From a virus (lineage: Duplodnaviria; Caudoviricetes): DNA of 38,007 nucleotides. Location: the IMG/VR virus record IMGVR_UViG_3300022179_000796, positions 1 through 38,007 of that record; one strand, written 5' to 3'. A program made the translations under genes and the position numbers. The notes beneath the pieces are model-generated. The model had not been told where the DNA came from. It did not search any database and was given only the letters and a program-made list of their open reading frames with translations. Below are positions 35,228 to 38,007 of this stretch, one piece after another; position 1 is the stretch's first letter; each line of letters starts with the position of its first letter.

Positions 35228-36012
35228 ATGTGTTGACGAAGGCGGACCCGAGGCTGTTGGTGCTGGCGCGGAGCCAATGCGAGATGCGAACCGGGCAGAG
35301 CCCCGCCGAACAGGAGCGATGATGAAGTCGAGCGGTTGCGGGCGCAGCTACTTGCGATTGCCGATGCAGCACGCGAGAGCCCATATCGAGCGGCGGCAGC
35401 TTGGGATGATGCGCTAGCGAAGATGATTGCCAGGAGCACGGAGTTCATGAAGTGAGCTACACTATGCGCGCCCTAGTCGCGCGAGTGGATGCCGACCGAT
35501 TCGCTACCGTAAGTAGCGGCCTCACGGGAGCGCGTGCATGGCGCTCGATGGGCAGCACGCCGCCCGCATGTCGAGCGCTCCCGTGAGGGGTCAAACCGCG
35601 ATGGTTCGCGGAACAGCAGGTCGCGACTGTAACGCCGCCGTCAGCGGACACACGATGACGGCATCCGTTCGATTCGGATGAGACTCCCTCAACTAGCGCT
35701 GAGTACCCGACGTTTACGCAGTCTCTGGCTGTATCGCGACGCTGGGCTCGGATGACCGCCCGGGAATAGACCGGGATATACACGGTAAACCGTGTGGCAG
35801 TCGGGAGAGACCGACCTATCACCCAACTCTAACCAGCTTCTCCCGCTGCCCATCATCAGGCAGTAGATCGCGTACCAGCTTCTCAAGCGCCAGAAGCTCA
35901 CGCTGCACCACTTCGCGCGATAGGCTGAACTGGCACAAGCTGACATCTGCCCGATGCCTTGGACCTACGCGCCAGGTCCAGAAGTGCCGAGGGGGTAGCG
36001 GGTCGCCCATGA

Positions 36013-36219
36013 TTAGCGCCTGCAGAGCGGGTCGCCGTCCTCGAACCGGCGCACCAGCGAGAGCCGGGCTTGGTCCGGGCCGGCGATGCGGTCATCGAGT
36101 TGGGCGCGCTGTTTCTGGTCGCACAGCAGGGCGGGCGGGCCGCCGATGCCGTAGTCGGCGAGAGTGGAGCAGCCGGTGAGCAGGATGGCGGCGAGGATGG
36201 TGATGTAGCGCAATGTCAT
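36013..36219 (-). CDS. Lipoprotein (possible o-spanin or Cor-like)
   Basis: Signal peptide with lipobox LTGC; Pro and Cys in the mature part. Confidence 0.7.
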   Translation of the reverse strand: MTLRYITILAAILLTGCSTLADYGIGGPPALLCDQKQRAQLDDRIAGPDQARLSLVRRFEDGDPLCRR

Positions 36220-36521
36220 TTTTCAGATCCGCCAGCAACCCGGCGCAGTTCGTCATCGATCAGCTCTCTGATGGAGCACGGTTCAGAGAGGTCTGGAATC
36301 CGGCTGAAGGTGAAGATGATGAACAGCGCCGACCCCATCAATAGAAGAGCGTGCCATCCCATCGCTGTTCCGTAACTAGCAGACCACCAGACGTAGAGAG
36401 CAACACAACCGCCGATCAGGTGCGCGAGCATCTGTATTGGTTGCCGTGACCATGACAAGATATCCACCCTACAAACATAGGCGCCAATGACGATCATGGA
36501 AAGGACGATGAGCGCGGTCAT
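36216..36521 (-). CDS. Membrane protein (about 3 TM, holin-like position)
   Basis: Three hydrophobic segments, charged C-terminus, ATGA-coupled. Confidence 0.6.
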   Translation of the reverse strand: MTALIVLSMIVIGAYVCRVDILSWSRQPIQMLAHLIGGCVALYVWWSASYGTAMGWHALLLMGSALFIIFTFSRIPDLSEPCSIRELIDDELRRVAGGSEK

Positions 36522-36886
36522 TTCGTGTTTCCTTGGCCGAGCTTGATGCCGAACTTCTCTGGCACTGAGCGAGCGAGTGACGCTATCAGAGGGTGGAAGA
36601 CAACCCCGATCAACCCGCCGTAGAGCTGCCCTACCTCGATCCCGTGAATCGGGATCAAGACGGCTAGCACAAGCCCGCCTTTCGCGGCTAGGATGGCGGA
36701 GCACGGGAACAGCAGTATTGCACGAAGACGCCCCATCTTTGGTGCGAAGCCGCCTCCTACGAAGACCCCGGCGGCAGAGATGGCAAAGGCCGCCTCGCTG
36801 ACACCTACCGCAGCGAAGAAAGAGGCGATGAGCCCAGCCACGATGGCCCAAACAGGGCCGTTTGAATGTGCGGACGGATCAAGCAT
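36518..36886 (-). CDS. Membrane protein (putative holin)
   Basis: 122 aa with several hydrophobic Gly/Ala helices. Confidence 0.55.
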   Translation of the reverse strand: MLDPSAHSNGPVWAIVAGLIASFFAAVGVSEAAFAISAAGVFVGGGFAPKMGRLRAILLFPCSAILAAKGGLVLAVLIPIHGIEVGQLYGGLIGVVFHPLIASLARSVPEKFGIKLGQGNTK

Positions 36887-37202
36887 GCGCCTCCCTGCTT
36901 TTGATGATGGCGACCAGCGTTAGAGCGACGCTCGGTATTGTCAGGGGAAGCGCTGTTCCCTTGTCGCACAGCGACCCGGCTGCAACCGGCGCCAGGCCAG
37001 CGAAAAACGCCCCGCAGACAGCAGAGGATGCCTCCCAGCAAGCGACCGCAGCGAATGACCACAGATCTATCCGCCACCCACGAAGCAGAGCCCACGCGAA
37101 CAGGCATCCTAGCCACCCGCGGCCAATGTAGAACGCCAGCGATGGCTCCGGGAACAGCTTCGGCATGCAGTACACCGCCGCAGAGGCCAGCGGGAGGATC
37201 AT
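36879..37202 (-). CDS. Membrane protein
   Basis: MILPLASAAVY... 107 aa, hydrophobic, ATGA-coupled to the upstream peptide. Confidence 0.6.
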   Translation of the reverse strand: MILPLASAAVYCMPKLFPEPSLAFYIGRGWLGCLFAWALLRGWRIDLWSFAAVACWEASSAVCGAFFAGLAPVAAGSLCDKGTALPLTIPSVALTLVAIIKSREAHA

Positions 37203-37315
37203 TTCGGCGGTACGTATGGGCCAGGGCCACCACTGCCCGCCGGGCTGACCTTTTCGGCCAGCCATGTGAGCCCAAGAACGCGCAGCAGCGCTGCGAATCT
37301 CTCGCGGAGTTTCAT
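37199..37315 (-). CDS. 38-aa peptide
   Basis: MKLRERFAALLRVLGLTWLAEKVSPAGSGGPGPYVPPK; ATGA overlaps with both neighbours. Confidence 0.6.
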   Translation of the reverse strand: MKLRERFAALLRVLGLTWLAEKVSPAGSGGPGPYVPPK

Positions 37316-38006
37316 GCTGCCCCCCCAGAAAAGTAGGTGTAGGCGATGGCGTCGCCGACGACTTCAACCGTGTTGCCTGCGCCGTTGAACGCAGCAACTT
37401 GAACTTTTGCAGTCTCTCCGACCGCCAGAAAAACACGCGGCACCGCGATGCTGAGCGACTGCTCAGGGTAGTCGGTTGACGTGGCGACTGTCGATGTGTT
37501 CGTGAACGTCAGCGGCGTCGTGACAAGGCGGATTTCTGCGCGGGTCATCGCCGCAGTTTTGTCCGCCAGTAGCACCTGAGACGCGAAGCTGTACCACCCG
37601 GGCAGTGGCGCTGTGAAGATCCCGGTTGCGTTGTCATATGCGCCGGCTAGGTCGAGAACTTCGGTATCAAAGATCACGTCATAAACCGTTCCTGCGCCGG
37701 TGACGTTGCTTGATGTAGAGCCCTTTTGGGCCAAGAAGTCAGGCGGTGTGCCAAGGCCAAAAAAGTCTTGATCCTGCGGGCTAGTCGGGGCCGATGTGTA
37801 GTCGATGGTCCCGATGCATTCGCCGCTGATTCTGAGGCGCGTCTTGATGTAGGGATCACTCGCCTGCAAAACGCCCGCATCGTTGTAGTGACGGAACGCG
37901 ATGCTTTCCGTCACGCCAGGGCTCTGCGCGTCGTTGTACCTCACGCGGATATCTTCGATGTTCAACGGGCCGGCGTTGCCCTGGCTCTCGAACACCATCT
38001 GAGGAT
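37312..38006 (-). CDS. Tailspike, 3' part with C-terminal C1q-like domain
   Basis: VIFDTEVLDLAGAYDNATGIFTAPLPGWYSF...TYFSG matches the gC1q consensus as I recall it. Confidence 0.8.
   Translation of the reverse strand, partial: PQMVFESQGNAGPLNIEDIRVRYNDAQSPGVTESIAFRHYNDAGVLQASDPYIKTRLRISGECIGTIDYTSAPTSPQDQDFFGLGTPPDFLAQKGSTSSNVTGAGTVYDVIFDTEVLDLAGAYDNATGIFTAPLPGWYSFASQVLLADKTAAMTRAEIRLVTTPLTFTNTSTVATSTDYPEQSLSIAVPRVFLAVGETAKVQVAAFNGAGNTVEVVGDAIAYTYFSGGAA
37881..38006. repeat. Terminal direct repeat, right copy (circular overlap)
   Basis: Identical to 2-127. Confidence 0.95.
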
Positions 38007-38007
38007 C

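Noticed and set aside
35457-35822. 121-aa minus-strand ORF as an endolysin
   Set aside because: No catalytic motifs, and the region is better explained by nucleic-acid secondary structure.
1-38007. Diversity-generating retroelement, tRNA genes or an encoded integron integrase
   Set aside because: I saw no reverse transcriptase, template/variable repeat pair, tRNA cloverleaf or tyrosine-recombinase R-H-R-Y motif set.

Overview
This appears to be an essentially complete, circular (about 37.9 kb) GC-rich podophage genome with P22-like structural genes. Positions 2-127 repeat at 37881-38006, and a tailspike ORF runs in frame across the join. Two arms diverge from a promoter pair at about 24.5 kb. 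The minus arm carries an HTH regulator, replication protein, Dam, NinG, terminase, portal, scaffold, coat, tail and ejection proteins, tailspike and membrane proteins. The plus arm carries RecT-like and YqaJ recombinase genes, NinB, a Gp49-family gene and a PAPS-reductase-family gene. I found no integrase, CI-type repressor or recognisable endolysin. The main finding is that each early arm contains an integron-like cassette array. Each array has an identical 31-bp attI-like site (20008-20038 and 34670-34700, mutually inverted), followed by two or three cassettes bounded by attC-like hairpins. The ends of every cassette are complementary over 10-13 bp, as expected for integrated circles. All cassette genes face opposite to the usual integron orientation, so phage operons transcribe them towards attI. 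No IntI is encoded, which suggests a phage gene-capture system that borrows a host integron integrase. All calls come from reading the sequence and recalled motifs; no database searches were run, so novelty is unverified.
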